From Vicugna vicugna (Eukaryota), in contig MU061579.1 of assembly GCA_013265495.1 (NCBI GenBank), positions 3,221,319 to 3,285,318 of the forward strand: a DNA stretch of 64,000 nucleotides, given 5' to 3'. How positions within the stretch are numbered: position 1 is the stretch's first letter; each line of letters starts with the position of its first letter. The translations under genes were made by a program, and so were the position numbers. Under the pieces are notes generated by a model. It was not told the DNA's origin, ran no database searches, and was given only the letters and a program-made list of their open reading frames with translations. Below are positions 63,443-64,000 of the stretch, piece after piece.

Positions 63443-64000
63443 TGAAATATTTATTATCTCTTTTAAAACCAGACACCTGAGCAGCATAAGTAGAAACAGG
63501 TAGCTTTGCTGAAGGCTACAAAGTAGTACGTCTGAGTGCCTGAAAGGTAAACACTAGAAATCTCCTCTTTCCCCTAGAAGGAATGAAAAGAAAAATCAAG
63601 TCATGCTCTGTATGGCGTTGTCTTCTTGCCCAGTTACGACTTCTCACCAGCATGTTGAGCCATGTTCGTGGGATATCTGTATTCATTTGAAGGAAATGGA
63701 TAGCACTGTGGTGCTTTTAGGTATGCTGGGTTGCTTTATCTCTGCCATAAATTTACGTGCTGTTAAATATACCAGATACATGGCTTATAGTAGTAAGCAT
63801 CAAGTTTCTTTAATAACCTACATGTCAAAAAACCAGGAACCCACAACAAGCTGAAGTACTGGAGAGAGGATTCAAATCTTTGCCCTGAAGGTACAAAGAT
63901 ACTTGTAACCTCTATTACTCAGTGCAACTTGGAAGTAACAGGGAACAACAATGTAAATTATTTATGTTACAATGCTTTGTATGATTTATTTGGATTTTCC

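Noticed and set aside
1..64000. CRISPR arrays, operons or other prokaryote-type systems
   Set aside because: The sequence is mammalian repeat-rich DNA, with no regularly spaced repeat-spacer array or gene-dense region.

Overview
This is AT-rich mammalian genomic DNA, most likely camelid (alpaca, llama or camel). That call rests on a tRNA-derived Vic-1-like SINE at about 63.3 kb and artiodactyl-type L1 3' ends. I found no intact protein-coding gene, and the window looks like gene-desert or large-intron sequence. The only host-gene-derived feature is a decayed, intronless UBXN6 (UBXD1) retrocopy at 1-~1010 (+), cut by the left edge of the window. The rest is a mosaic of L1, L2, MIR, MaLR (MLT1), ERV1/ERVL solo LTRs and DNA-transposon fossils (MER20, MADE2, MER2/Tigger-like), plus microsatellites. 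Between these lie several repeat-free, CpG-retaining blocks that may be conserved non-coding elements. The most notable observations are (i) a unique block at ~12.97-13.14 kb with nested inverted repeats that could fold into a multi-branched RNA or cruciform, and (ii) a three-tier nested insertion at 8.2-9.4 kb (old LTR, then a 5'-inverted twin-primed L1, then an ERV1 solo LTR) with readable target-site duplications (TSDs). I see no convincing evidence of a new multi-gene system. Repeat subfamily names come from recalled consensus sequences, and most repeat boundaries are approximate.
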